64,000 bases of DNA from NCBI GenBank assembly GCA_013239625.1, contig MU053594.1, positions 1,395,654 to 1,459,653 of the forward strand, written 5' to 3'. Shown here one piece after another: positions 47,801 through 60,869 of this stretch. The first letter of the stretch is position 1; each line of letters starts with the position of its first letter. This DNA comes from Lama guanicoe (Eukaryota). Under the pieces are notes generated by a model. It worked only from the letters and a program-made list of their open reading frames with translations. It was not told the origin of the DNA and did no database searches. The translations under genes were made by a program, and so were the position numbers.

Positions 47801-48659
47801 CCCCGTTTCTGGCCACTTGTCTGAGCCCGAGCCGTCAGACCGCACCAAGGAAAGCCCGCGAACTGTCCCCAGAGTGAGATTCTTTGCTTAGTCCAGCCCA
47901 AGCCTGTCCATGTTGGTCCCACGGATTTGGAAGTTCAAGTTGTGGTGCTTGGTCATACTTGACCACCTGTTTTCATGCAGAATCCAGGGAAAGGGGCCTA
48001 ACAGCCTCCTGTTCCTGCTTCCCTGCCCCACCTCCTGCCCCACACAGCTTAAAGGTGGGAGGAGTCTCCTTTTTGCTGGGAGTGAAAGGGAAACGGTGCC
48101 CCATTAGGTAAGTACCGAGAAGACTTCCGGGTCCACACGTGCCCCTGCCTTTGCTGAGAGCATCCTCGGCTCCCGGGCCAGGACTCCCAGGGGGACTGAG
48201 ACCTCCCTTCTCAGTCCCTGAGGCCAGCCCTTCCACACCGACCTTCAGGGTCTGCTCTGTGATCCCTCCCATTACCTTCCTGGAGCTGGAATTAGGGGCT
48301 ACCGGAGCCCCAGACCTAAAACCAAAGCTGTGGGGGCCGCCTCCAGGGCGAGAGGCAGTCCGCCCAGAACACAGTATGGGCAGGAGGCTGGAGGCTGGTG
48401 GAGTGTATTGTCATTCTGTGCTGGCTGGTTTCAGGCTGCACTTTGGGGCTATGATGGATGAGTTGCCCAGAAACACTATGCACAGCTGAGGTTAAAATCT
48501 TCTGCACCCCCAGGTCCTCCTCTTCTAGCTGGCACCCTCTCCTTCAGAGCTCAGAGCTCCAGTGTGATATAATAAAGGGAAGTTTCTGATAAAACTCAGA
48601 CCTTGGGCATTGAGGACTTCATGTGTGATCTTTGCTAGGGTTATTTAAAAAGACCACAG

Positions 48660-49220
48660 GTGCACTTTTATCACTAGTGGAGAGGTAGGCACTGTTTCCT
48701 TCTCTCTGAAGAGAAACATGACAAAGTATTTAAAAGACCTTTAAGTGCGTAATTCTGCTGCTAGGAATTTACTCTAAGGAAATAATTGGACAAAGTCTCA
48801 AAGATGACTATATAAGGACGTCCACTGCAGCATTTTTATACTATCAAAAAATGTAAACAACTTGAATGCATTAGTAAAAATAGGAGTTTGGTTAAATGAA
48901 CCATAGGAAATAAATTTACTGAAATATTATGCAACTGATAACAATGATTTTGTAAAAGAATCCTTGTAGACACAGAAATTGTTCATAATAATAATGCTGG
49001 ATTGTAAAATGCAGTCTATGAAATAATATATACAGAACATGATTTTTGCAAAACTCTGTGTGTGTGTGTGTGTGTGTGTGTGATCTCTGGAGGGAAAAAA
49101 GAAAAACACTAAAAAGACATAAACCAAAAGGCTAATCATGGTTATCTTTACATGTTGAGAATATAGGAAATATCTTGGTTTTCTTTGTTATTTTTCAGAC
49201 TCTACTGAGCACAATGAAGT
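48660..49220 (+). mobile_element. Ancient L1 3' end (L1ME-like) containing (TG)13 at 49057-49082
   Basis: aattctgctgctaggaatttactctaaggaaataat, cactgcagcatt and aataggagtttggttaaatgaac. Confidence 0.7.
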
Positions 49221-50784
49221 CTAAAAAAAAAATCATAGAATAAAGTAATTGGTAGTGATATATGTAATTTCAGCTGACCTGAATGGGCCATGATAAATAT
49301 TTTGGGATAGTACCTTCCTACTGTTTCTGAAACCTAGTCCCATATAATAAACTTAGAAGAATAATGGTAAATACACAGACGAATTTTTTCAAAATCTGCA
49401 TGCACATGAGACAAGCCAATGTGCTAATATAAGTATAAGAACACACACCTTCAGTACACAATATGCATATTCATTGGTCCCTACACCCATTCCATCCCCT
49501 ATTCAGGCAACAAAGATTTTTTTTTCCCTGAAATGTCTCCTAGCAGCCAAACACAGGCACTGCTAATGAATATTAATTGACCTAACATCTTGTGGTGATG
49601 AAACTGTGCACATTTCCCTGTCTCATCTGGTTGCTAGGGAACCATGTGAGACAGCCATGGGGCCCTGGGACCTGGACCTGTTAAGCGTAGGGCAGGGTTA
49701 AACCACAAATCGGGACTACCCCGCCTGATTAACTGTGTATGCCAGCAAAGATGTGCATGTATGTGGTCCTGTCGAAGAGACAAGAAACAAATAATTATCA
49801 ATAGGCAGCTTGGCAGTGGGCAGGCAAGACAGTGGAGAGAGGGGCAGACAGACTGCAGCCTCCTCCTAAGGGATCTCCTGAAAACATCCTTACTTGTTGA
49901 GCTCTCTTCCTAGGGGTCCACTGGCACCACTGTTCCTCCCTCACCATTCTTCAAGGTCTAGGGTGGAACCACATGGTGGTTCTGGATGCAACACCTGGGA
50001 AGGGAAAGGAGGGAGGGTGAGAGTTGGATGCAATTACCCTGAAGTTGTAGGCATCATTTCCCATCATCCCAGCGATCATATCAGATGCAAATAAGCTGAT
50101 GAGTGAACCTGGCCTGCCTGCAATTTTCCTTCTGCACCTGACTTTGACCCTCTTCTTCTTTCCTCCTCCCTCTCTCTCTTCCCCTCTGCCCACTCAACTA
50201 GTAGAGAACGTCTCCTTATTGCTGTTGGTCTCTATAGTGGCCCCCTGGTCCCCTTGTGCTGCACACAAAGCACACTTCATTGCCTCGGTTTCTGGAAGAC
50301 AAGCCTCACTGAGTCTCCCTCGCTCCCTAACTCTCTCCTACTTCTCTTTCTTCTAGTCTTATCCTTGCAAGTCCTTGCTTTGCACCGATTCTCCTGACCA
50401 TTCTTCCTTTCCTTTTGACTAGACACCCTCCCTAGAAGAAAAAGAAGTCCTTGTCCTTGGGGCCTTTCCTGTGATACGCCCACAGGCATGATAAAGGCTT
50501 TCTCTATTCAGCTTGGCAGACTCCCCAAGGGGAGGGCTGGGCTCCGGGCTCAGCACCCGCGGGCTCGGCTGGGAAGTGGAAGGGTGAGTCCTGGTCCCTT
50601 GGAAGTGAAAGGCAGTGAGGCTGGGGATGGTGGGTACCGTCATTTGGGCTTAGCTGGTTTGAACTCAAGTACCTGAAATCAGATACAACCAGTTGGATTA
50701 ACTTCCTTCCAAAGACTGTTCGGCAGTCCATAAGAATTTGTATTTATTTAAAAGATGCCCATATAAAAATTATGTTCTTTCTCT

Positions 50785-51065
50785 TTATTTTCATCCATTT
50801 ATTCCTCTAATAAACATTAATTGATCACTTACTCTCTGTCCACAATTTTCTCTGGGCCCTTAATGGACTCAGTGGTGAATCCAAACAGACACAGTCCCTG
50901 TTGTTACGGAGCTTAAAATATTATGGGGAATCCAAAAAACCAACCAAATAACCTCACATATGGATATAAAATCACAGCTGCAGTGAATGTGACAAGGAGA
51001 GGCACGAGGAGCTATGGGGAAGGGGCTGCTCAACTAATGCTGGGGACCACGGCAGGTCCTGAGGA
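50785..51065 (-). mobile_element. L2 3' fragment
   Basis: ttcatccatttattc...aaacattaattgatcacttact...cagtggtgaa..aaacagacacagtccctg. Confidence 0.7.
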
Positions 51066-53260
51066 CACTGACTCCATTTCTCAAGAAATACTAAACTCAC
51101 AATCACTGCCCTCCCTGACCTCGCCAGCGTGAAATAAAACTAGGACATGTCCCTTGTCCCGGGGTAGAGAAGGGGTGGTGGGGTTGTGGAGGGAGAAGAG
51201 GCTCTTGGCTCTTCTAAATCAGAGAGAAAGATGAACTCACTTATTTTCTTTCTTTCCTTCTCTCCCCTCTCTCCTCTCTATTTAGAAATGCTGAATTCTC
51301 ACAGAGACTCCAAAGGAAACTCCACATCCATTAAACACATAGACCACTTTCCACAGAATGCATCCTGGCAGCGGTAGGCATCTTTATTGGTGAAGGGTGT
51401 GTAGGGGGTAAAGGTGTTCAGGATTAGAGAAACCAAGAAGTTTTTTTTCCAAAAAGGAGAAGGGTAGAGAGGCATCCTGAAGCAAAGAGGGAAGATCCCA
51501 GAGCAAGAACACAGAGGGGCACAGAGATGGACACAGAGGCTGGCGGCCAACAGGGAGACCAGGAAAAGACATCAAAGGAGAACCTGGGGGATAGAGGAGC
51601 TCCTGTCTCCTCCAGCTCCTACCATAAGATCTTAAGTACAATCTACATTGCCCAGATACCTTGTGGAGCAAATTGGTGAGGAAGAGTTGAGTCTACTTTA
51701 AGGTTAGTTTGCAAAAACAGAAGCTTCCCCCAGCTACAGCTGGATTACCCCGGAATTGCAAGGGCTCCAAAAAGGACATCCAGATCTTTGCCAGGAATCC
51801 TCTCTCCCATTTCTCCAGACAGACACCTGGCTTCTGTTCGAACACAAAGTGACCAGGCGATCACCCCTTCCTAAGGCAGCAGGTCTAATGCTGTGGATGT
51901 CTTTCCTTTTAGTGAGACCCCATCTACCTACGACACCCATCCCCTGGGCCATGGTCTTCACTGGGAAGTCACGTAGACAGAATTGGTTCCTCACCGTGTG
52001 AGAGCCCATTAGATACACGAAGGCAGTCTTCTCCCCCACGTCACTGCCCTCATTCATTCATGTGTGCAGTTCCCCTCCAAACGCTTCCTGCAAGCCTGCG
52101 CTGTGATGAGCGGTCACTGGGCCTTGGCGAGGCAGCTGTCAAGAAAGCCAGTCTTGCCTTCAGCAGCCCAGCGCTTTCTGGGGGAGACAGGGAGTGTGTG
52201 GACAGTGTCAACTCGGAGAGATTAGAAACTGAGAGAAGGGCCCATCCTTCTAGGATTTCAGAATCCACCAAAATGAACTTAGCTCTATTTTATGAAGCTA
52301 AAAATAGCTACAAGGTTCATACAAGGTTCTAGCTGTAGACTTCCCATCCCAGGTCATGATCCAGAGGGGATCACAGTAAATGTGAACAAGGAGTCCAGCA
52401 GGCTGGAGTGCAGAGCGCCAAGTTCATGGCTAGATTCTGCCATCTAGATCCAGCCACCCCACACAAAGGTGGTAAGAAGCAACCCCTTGAGCTTTTACCT
52501 CAAAAGACTGACTCTCCAAAGAGAAGCTGGGAAGAAGCAAGGAGAAACAGCTCCCTGGCTCTCTGGCCATGTGAACAAGGAAGACAGCATCTCCACAGTC
52601 TATGTCCTGGATTCCCTGACCCCTCAGAACCTCTGAGTCTTACCACGGAAGCATCCCACTAAGCCTCATGAAGCAGATCATATTAGCTGGAATCTTCTAG
52701 GTTGGAGACTCCTTGGGACTTTGAAATGGTTCTCTCTCGGCTCTACTCGGGAAGTTGGGGCACTAGCTGCTTGTCTGGCCAGGATACAGAGCACAACTTG
52801 GCTGCACGGATCAAGAAGTGCCTGGAAACTGAACTTGGTTAGACACAGGTTTACTAAACACTTTAATGGTTCAAGCCTCTCTCAGCCTGTACCCCTGGCA
52901 GCATTCCGAGGCCCCAGTGCTTTCAACCTTGTGGAGGAGGCACCTGGGGGCGGTAAGCAGAAGTGCCAAGCACGGACCACACTGGCCGTTAGCAGAGATG
53001 CATCGCCCAGGGAGCCTAGACCACTGCCCACAACCACTGCTGCCCTTTGGTGTCTTAGAAGTTGGAATCTAGGACAACAAAATACTCCAACATTTCTGTC
53101 AATGCCCTTATTTGTTTTAGCGTTGAGAATCAACCAAGAATCATAGAGTTCTGGGACCCTCAGTGGTTTTGACATAGCATTTTGTCTCTCCTCTGCCTCC
53201 TTACCAAGCCATCTTAAACAGGGAAGGCTCTGTCCTCCACTAGTACAAAAATAAACAAAC

Positions 53261-53881
53261 GTGGGAATGCGAAACGGTGCGGCCACTTTGCAAAACAGTT
53301 TGGCAGTTCCTCCCCATGATAAACATAGAATTTTGACCCATCAATTACACTCCAAGATAACAACCCAAGACAAATGAAACCATATGTCCACAGAAAAACT
53401 TGCACGTGAATGTTCATGGCAGCATTATTCATAAGAGCCAAAAATGGAAACAACCCAAATATCTATCATCTGATGAGTGGATGAACAAAATGCAGTATAT
53501 CTTTCCAAATAATGGAATATTATTCATCAGTAACAGAATGGAGTACATGCTACAACCCAGATAAAACCTCGGAGACATTATGCTAAGCAAAAGAAGCCAG
53601 TCACAAAGGCCACATACTGTATGATTTCATTTATGTCAAATGTCTAGAATAGGAAAAATCTATAAAGAAAGGAAAGAAGAGTAGTGGTTGCCTATGGCTG
53701 GAAGGCAAGGGAAGTGGAGGTGGGGTGGAGTAAAAGTTAATAAGTCCAAGTATTCTTTGGGGGATGATAAAAATATTCTAAAGTTGGCTTAGGGCAATGG
53801 TTGAAAAACTCTGTAAACTAAAAACCATTGAACTATGTATTTTCAACAGGTTAGCTTTATGGCTTGTAAATTATATATCAA
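53261..53881 (+). mobile_element. L1MB-type 3' end (ORF2 end plus 3' UTR)
   Basis: gtgggaatgcgaaacggtgcggccactttg.aaaacagtttggcagtt, gaatgttcatggcagcattattcataa and gaagccagtcacaaaggccacatactgtatgatt; a GAA/GAG-rich tail follows. Confidence 0.9.
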
Positions 53882-54023
53882 GACAACGGTAGAGGGAGGA
53901 TGAGGAAGAAGAAGAGGAGGAGGAAGAGGAGGAGGAGAAGGGACAAATTTTACAGCCACAGAGAATAGTTTGTCTGGTGCCAGAATTAATGTAGTCTAGT
54001 CCCCAGGTAGTACATGCCTCCAC

Positions 54024-54025
<2 letters not shown>

Positions 54026-54061
<36 letters not shown>
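54026..54061. repeat. (GT)18 microsatellite
   Basis: Perfect dinucleotide run. Confidence 0.98.
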
Positions 54062-54066
<5 letters not shown>

Positions 54067-54092
54067 CTAGGCTCAATCAGGAACACTCCTCG

Positions 54093-54587
54093 TATAGTAG
54101 TCTGTTATTCTGGTGGCCACCAATAAACCTCCTTGTAATCACACCCTCTTTGCATGGTCCTCTCCCGTAAAATCTCTGGGCTCCACCACTGACTTGCTTT
54201 GGTCAATTGGACATCAGTTAGCAGGCATGACTCAGCCAGGCTGAATTAGTGTTTGCAGAGTGAGGCTAGTCCTCTCAGAATGCTCTCACTTAGATCCCTA
54301 AGCCACCATGAGAAGAGGTCCAGCAACACAGACAGACCCGTGGAAAGAGAGAGAAAGAGAGAGACTGCCCCAGCCAGCCCCCAACCACTCCAGCAGCTAC
54401 TCCAACTGATGGGAGAGCCGTGGAGTGAAGAATTCATCTTGGATGTTCCAGCCCCAGCAGCCACTCATGGAACCAAAGAACCACCCAGCGAAACGCAGCC
54501 CCAATGGCAGAATCATGAAAAATAAAACATTGTTCTTGTGTAAGGTATTAAGTCATACAGTGGTCTGTTATGCAAAAAATACTGAAG
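54093..54587 (+). mobile_element. MaLR LTR (MLT1G/H-like)
   Basis: tgacttgctttggtcaat, gagtgaagaa..catcttggatgttccagcccc and gcagaatcatgaaaaataaaa. Confidence 0.75.
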
Positions 54588-57205
54588 GACCCTGAAAGAC
54601 CTGCCAGCCCCAACCCCGTCACTCACTGATTTGATGATGGATTTCACTCTGATGCCCTTGTGTTCTATGATGGATCTACGGAGAAGTACGATTTTAATGT
54701 GTGTACAACGTGCCATTTGTCACTGCTATTTAGTGCAATTTAACACAATATTTATCTGATTGGCATATGAGTTTACTTCACATCACCGAGAACTGGCTGT
54801 ACCGGGATTCTGTGCTTGGCAATGAGAAGATTGATTATGGTTATTATACTAATGGCTGGAAAAAATGAATTTCATCAGGAAAGTTGTTTTGAAGCTGCAG
54901 TGATGGGCCTTGTATGTTTACTCACGAAAGACCATACTGCATGCTGAGTACCAATCTTGGAGGACCCTGGGACCGGGATGTTGGAGCTGGTGAGACACAC
55001 CTGCAGTGAGGGGCCACTTAAGTGCCACCAAAAGACAGAGACACCCTTTTAAACCTTTTCTCTAAAGTCTTACCGCTTTTTCCATTGACCAGATCGCCTC
55101 AGCAAGCAACATGTTTTGGAAAAAAAAAAAATACCATCTCCACTGCTAGGTGAATGTACCCTCAAAAGATGACACAGGTGGGAACTTCCAGAAACATGTG
55201 ACTTTCCTAACAGCCCCGAAGCATCTGTTTGCCTGTCCTGTGATTGCTGCAGCAAGTATCTGTTTTGAAAATATTAGCAGTACACACGTTTTCTTGTGTA
55301 AGGAAACATTTTGACAGTTAAGACTATGCCAAATAAAGGGCTTTGTTTGGAGTCTCTTTGAAGGGTTGGAATTTAGACGTACATTTTAAAAGATAAACTT
55401 CAAAAATCTGGGGCTAAAAACAATGTTTTCTCTCCAGAACAGGTCCTCGTCACCCAGTTCAATTAATTGCCTCGTTTCCCCACTTTATCCCATCGTGGTT
55501 ACAGTTTTGTGCCTGGAGGGCAGGGTCTTAGTACAAAGGAGGTCATCTTTGTGCGAAAAAGAAGGCTTGTTCGGAATTCCTGACAGCGATCAGTGGAACC
55601 GCTGGTCCTCTCAGTCCCATCTTCTCCGTGGCCTCATTAGACCCCCGAGACCTCCCCAGACCTTCCCCACCGAAGAGAGAAAATGAGATTTGCAGGATGG
55701 CTTTGGGCCACAGCTGAGCTCTCGCGATAACACAGCATGAACGGACTTCACCTCTGAGCCCACTAATTGCTTCTACTTCACTTACAGTCAATGTTCCTCT
55801 GCCCCCACTGCAATTTTCTTGTTTTGAAAAATAATAGTGTGACACATGCTTGTATGAGGAGACACGGGACTGGCCGCCCTCCTTAGCACCCAGTGGATCA
55901 GCCACAACCTGAAAATGCTCACCCACCCCCGGTAAACAAATGGAAAGCACATCGCAGCGGAGGGGGAGTCTCTGAAATTGAGCCGCATAATGAGAGGAAG
56001 CAGAAGAAGAGATGCTATTAATAATGACACAGTAATTGGAGGTCACCCAGAGAGAGCCCTGGTGCACTCAACATTCACATTAGCTTTGCACGAAAACCAT
56101 TGTAGATCTTTCTAAAGGGCTAATGTGGGCAATAGGTTGTTTATCAGATGTAGCTGGCACCAGCGGGACATTCTTCCACCCTCAGGTGAACTGGGCCAGC
56201 CGGAACCACTTCACTGTGAGAGCAAAATTTTTGATTGGAGTCAGGGGGGTAGTTAATGCAAAGTCCAACTGCACACCAAAAACAGACCCCATGAACTCTA
56301 GAGCCAGTTTTTAGACACCTTCTCCTATCCAAGGTACATGCAACCAGTGACTCCTTAGGGACTGGGAGCTTTATACACAAGCCAAGGGCGGGATGGACAG
56401 GTCCTGGGGGAAGGTGGGAGGGAGAGGGCAGGGCATCGGAAGTGTGTCCAATAGGATATCTGAGTCTCATCAATTCCATATGAAAAAAAAAAAAAAACCC
56501 TATCCCCTGGGCTGGATTGAGGGAAATTCATTACTGTTTAATGAGTCAATATCAAATTCTAATAAAAAGATAATTTTTTAAAATCCCATTGTGTGGATGG
56601 CTCATTATAACATTCAGATAACTCTTGAGTATATTAAAATTGTTCAGTGCCATAAATTACAATGGTATCAAAATAGATTTCCTTTGCGAAGGAATTTCCA
56701 TTAATATGATTTCTGTACCCACCCCAAAGTGAGATTTGCACAGGGATAATGTGGAGGTGGTGTTTTAACACCTCATCTGGGTCAGATTTTTAGAATCCTT
56801 GAAGCATCCCAGATAAGGAGGCACCCTTCCAACTAAGGGTTTGGCTGCAGGTGGGATTCTGCGCACCGCAGGCCTGTTATCTGGATGCCTGGCTTCACTG
56901 CTGTCTCAGAGTTCCTCCCCCATGTGCCTATTCCCCAACCCCATAAATTAGAAAGACAAGACGGTTCTGACTCACCGTCACCTTCACAGAGGAAAACTAA
57001 AATCCAGACCCAGACACACATGTGACGGCAAGGAGCTGAAGGTCAAGGGCTGTGTCCCTTGTGCCCCAGGGCCAGCTATAGCCTTGGGCAATGCAGGTCC
57101 TGGACAAACTTCCCAAAATGAGTGAAGTGAATAAATGAAAATATAAGCTCTTTAATGCCTACTTAAATTAAACCAGTAGGTAAGAGCCACCTGCAAGTCA
57201 GGGAC

Positions 57206-57645
57206 TGTACTGGATTGAATAGCTTCCCCCCAAAATCCAACTGGAACCTGTGAATGTGACCTTACTTGCAAATAGGGTCTTCGTAGATGTCATCAAGTTA
57301 GGATGAGGCCATAATGGAGGAGAGTGGGCCTAAATCCAACAGGACCGATGACCTTATAAAAAGAGGGATATTTGGATGCAGAGACATACGGGCAAAAAGG
57401 CCACGTGAAGATGGAGGCAGAGATTGGAGTGATGCAGCCACAAGCCCGTGAATGCCAAGGACTGCCCACAACCAGCAGAAGCTACAAGCACAGAAGGATT
57501 CTTCCCAAACTCTTCAGAGGAGGCACGGCCCTGTCAGCGTTTTGATTTCGGACTTCCAGCCTCCAGAACTGTGAGAATGAATTTCAGGCGTTTGAAGCCA
57601 CCCAGCGTGTGGCACGTTGTTATAACAGCCCTAGAAACTAACACA
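57206..57645 (+). mobile_element. MaLR LTR (MLT1C-like)
   Basis: tgt...gaacctgtgaatgtgaccttacttg.aaatagggtctt...gtgaagatggaggcagagattggagtgatgc...cagccctagaaactaacaca. Confidence 0.9.
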
Positions 57646-57979
57646 AAGGCCCTCGTGGGGAGGTACCTGATGACCCTTTCAGGGCCCACAGGCTATCCCA
57701 CGAAGGACTCGGCGAGAAAGCAGACGCAGTATAGACCACCTTCTAAGAGGCTTGCACGTGAAGGAAGGGCCGTGTTGGCACCATCTGCTGGTTCCACCCT
57801 CATCTCTTTTCTTCCAGTCAACAGAAAGAAGAAAGAGACACCTGTCACCTGTGGTGTCTCACCAAACATCCTTGCATCACCTGCTTTGACTGACGTCATC
57901 AATCCCCACAGCCTTTCCCTGCACAACACACCAGCCTCCACACCCCTGGCTCCACGTTTCCATTCTAAAAATCTTAAAG

Positions 57980-58670
57980 CCAGGGAACAATATTCAATAC
58001 CTTGTAACAGCCTACAGCGAGAAAGAACATGAAAAGGAATATGCTGTGTGATTCGGTGGGCTGATATGCAGGTGGTAAAAGAATTTGCCAGAGACAAATG
58101 GTGGAAAATAGAAAACGTGTTTATTAGGTATGCTCGGGCCACAGATGAGAGGTGTCTGCGTGCAGAGGGTCAGTTGCTGAGGTCTTTTATAAGGGACGGT
58201 GACTTTCTACTGCTTGTGCTGATGCAACATTGGGCACAGAGGGGTCACAAAGTGAGTGATCAGCTCGAGCACAATTCTCTGATTGGTTGATGTTGAGGGA
58301 GCAGGGAAGAGAGGCAGGTAGTGAAAGGGTAGGGATTTGTGACTCTGGTAGGGGGTTGGGACCCATCCTGGTGGCTAGGCTTCTGGACATTGTACGGTTG
58401 ATCATTGTCTAGAGTTGGTAGTTCCGCTGAGGTAGGTAGGTATTAAGAAAAGAACGTTCTTTATTATCTTTAAAGGGCAGTAACTGGACACTTGAGGGGC
58501 CTTGGAGCAGGAATCTGCCATATGTCTGTGGACCCTATAGAATATATATAACTGAATCACTTTGCTGTACACCAGAAATTAACACAACATTGTAAACTGA
58601 CTATACTTCATTAAAACACACACACACACACATGCAGAGAGCAGGGAAAGGAATAAACCTAAAAGAAAAA
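57980..58670 (+). mobile_element. Short young L1 3' end with probable 3' transduction, interrupted by an LTR
   Basis: L1 3' UTR at 57980-58041 and 58540-58616; extra sequence at 58617-58660; TSD aaaaatcttaaag at 57967-57979 and 58671-58683. Confidence 0.88.
58042..58539 (-). mobile_element. Solo LTR (498 bp) with 5-bp TSD
   Basis: gaata flanks at 58037-58041 and 58540-58544; removing the element restores the L1 sequence gaaaaggaatatatataactgaatcac. Minus strand has TATAAAA, then AATAAA, then a terminal CA. Confidence 0.85.
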
Positions 58671-58884
58671 AAAAATCTTAAAGTCTTAATATCCTTCCTC
58701 TGTCTGCAGCTTCCTACCCTGACAGCCATCTCACTCCAGGAACCATATGTATTCATTTGTTTATTTGATAATTAATCTAGAACCATGCACCAAGACATTT
58801 TGGTATAACTTGGCACAAATGTGGTCCCCTCTGAGGTCACCCTGCCGGTGTGAGCTGCTGTCTGTTCTCCCAAAGGTCATGAGG

Positions 58885-59060
58885 AATGGTGTCCCATGTA
58901 ACTTTCTATAATGAAGGAAAATGTTCCATGTCTTCACTGTCCAATACTGTAGCCACTCACCACTAGTATGACTAGGAAACTGAATTTTTAATCACATTTA
59001 ATTTTAACTTTAATTAAATTTATTATATGTGGCTCACGGCTCCCGTAGTAGATTGTTCAG
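58885..59060. mobile_element. MER3-like hAT MITE
   Basis: aactttctataatga.ggaaaatgttc...ctgtccaatac.gtagccact...ggaaactgaattttta...atgtggct. Confidence 0.75.
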
Positions 59061-59120
59061 TTCTAAAAGCAACTTTGTAATCAGACAAAAACACACAGAC
59101 ACAAGGAGCCCCAGAGACAT

Positions 59121-59162
59121 CACACACACACACAAACACACACACACACACACACACACACA
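59121..59162. repeat. Interrupted (CA)n microsatellite
   Basis: CA run with one AA interruption. Confidence 0.95.
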
Positions 59163-60869
59163 GTCACATACCCCTCCCAAGGATGAACATTAATTCTCAG
59201 AGCATGAGAAGGAAAAGAAATCTTACCTAACTCTTCCATAATTTGAAAGCCATCTCAGCCCACAGTGGAGTTAATAACCCACATCACTATGCAGATCAGT
59301 GTTAGTTTAATTCCTCTCCTCCGATCCCCAAACTCCTTTCAAATTGTACCCCTTTGGGCCACTGAGAATAAATAATGGTCCTATTACTGAAACTCCCACT
59401 CCTTAATGGCTGTTCCTTTAGCTACATAAAGACCCTGCTGATGATCTGAAATCACCATTTACAAGGGCTTGGTTAAGTAAGATCTTAAACAAGGTGCCCC
59501 TCTTCCTCCCAGTCCTGGGGATGGGGAATTGGAGGAGGGGAGATTGTTCCTCCAGTTACTGGGATTCCACCAATAATCCCCTTTCTAAAGCCTTCCCCTC
59601 GGCAGTGTAAGGTGGTGGGTTAGAATCTCACCTCTGCTATTTTCCTGGATCTGATTCCAAACCTCTGATCCTCACAAGCGTGTGACCTTGCATAAGTCCC
59701 CTGCATTCGCAGCATGGATCAAAGTCTGTGCAGAGAAAATGGAGAAAAGGCTAAGAAACACCTGCTCGATGTCCCTATTTCTCTTGCTCCGTCTTTTCCA
59801 AGTAGGCCTTCTTCCAAATGAGTCTGCGTCCTCCCTGGGAACTGGGGCTAAGAAGCTGGGAGGCGTCTGCCGTAAAACACGTGCGGGAAGCTACAGCCCC
59901 ACGCTGGCTCCATGAGGACTCACTGCCCGCTGCCGAACACCTGGGTGCTTGCAAATACCCCAGTGGCTGCCTTCTTCCACGCAACCAAGGTGTCGCCAGG
60001 GGAGGAGGCGTGGTCTGGGAAGAGTTGTGGGTGTGGTTCGCTCTGATCACAGTAGTAGAAGCGTTACAGCCTGGGGTTGGCGCTACACAGAGTCCCTGAT
60101 GCAGCGCAGTCAGATAGAGGGTTCTTCAGCATCCGTCTGACAGTCAGGCCTCTGGTTCCGAAATAAGCACAGGGCTTGTCTCTGACTTGAATCACAGCGG
60201 CCCTAGTTAGCCAAGGGCGTCTTTTAAGATTTGTCTCATCTCAGGGCGGCTCTCTGTAGAGCCCTGTTTGATCAGTAATAAAGCAACTATCGGGCCACCC
60301 TGGCTGAGCACAGAGAGGAGTCTGATTTTCAGGGAGACGCCAGCCTTCCTAAGGGAACTGTGCTTCGTGCAGATTCAGGGCTGAGCTCCAAGCCCGAGGA
60401 CGCCCGAGTTGCCGTGGGAGTGACTGCGACGGTGGCAATGCCTGGGTGGCCTGCTGGCGACTTCACCCTGCACGTGGTCTGTCAGTTACAATGGCAGCAG
60501 GAGGTCCTTGTACTTTCTTCCTGTGCACGGGGCCGAGTGGGACCGAGGCTGTGTTCCGTGGCACCCCTTTGGCACCCCCATTGTCACCCTCACCTTCCCT
60601 CATTCCCTCCCCCTAACCCAAGAGATTGTTTTTTAAAAAAAAAAAACCCATAAGCAATTTCATTTTCAATGCACATAAAAACTAAATAACAAAAAATGCC
60701 AGACCACACTTTCTCCTCTTTTAAATATTTATTCAGCAAATATTTATTGAGCTTACTAAATGCCAGAATCTGTATGAGACCTGGGGATACATGCAGGAGA
60801 GAGACAGACATCAAGTCTTTGCGGTAAGTGTTAAAATAGACGCTGGGCAGTGAAGTGTGATCTCTGGGC

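Noticed and set aside
57448..58032. Longest ORF (194 aa) and other ORFs over 150 aa (6401, 19289, 20902, 32536, 45720, 47419, 55543, 61522)
   Set aside because: No recognisable domains, many overlap transposon remnants, and lengths are compatible with chance.
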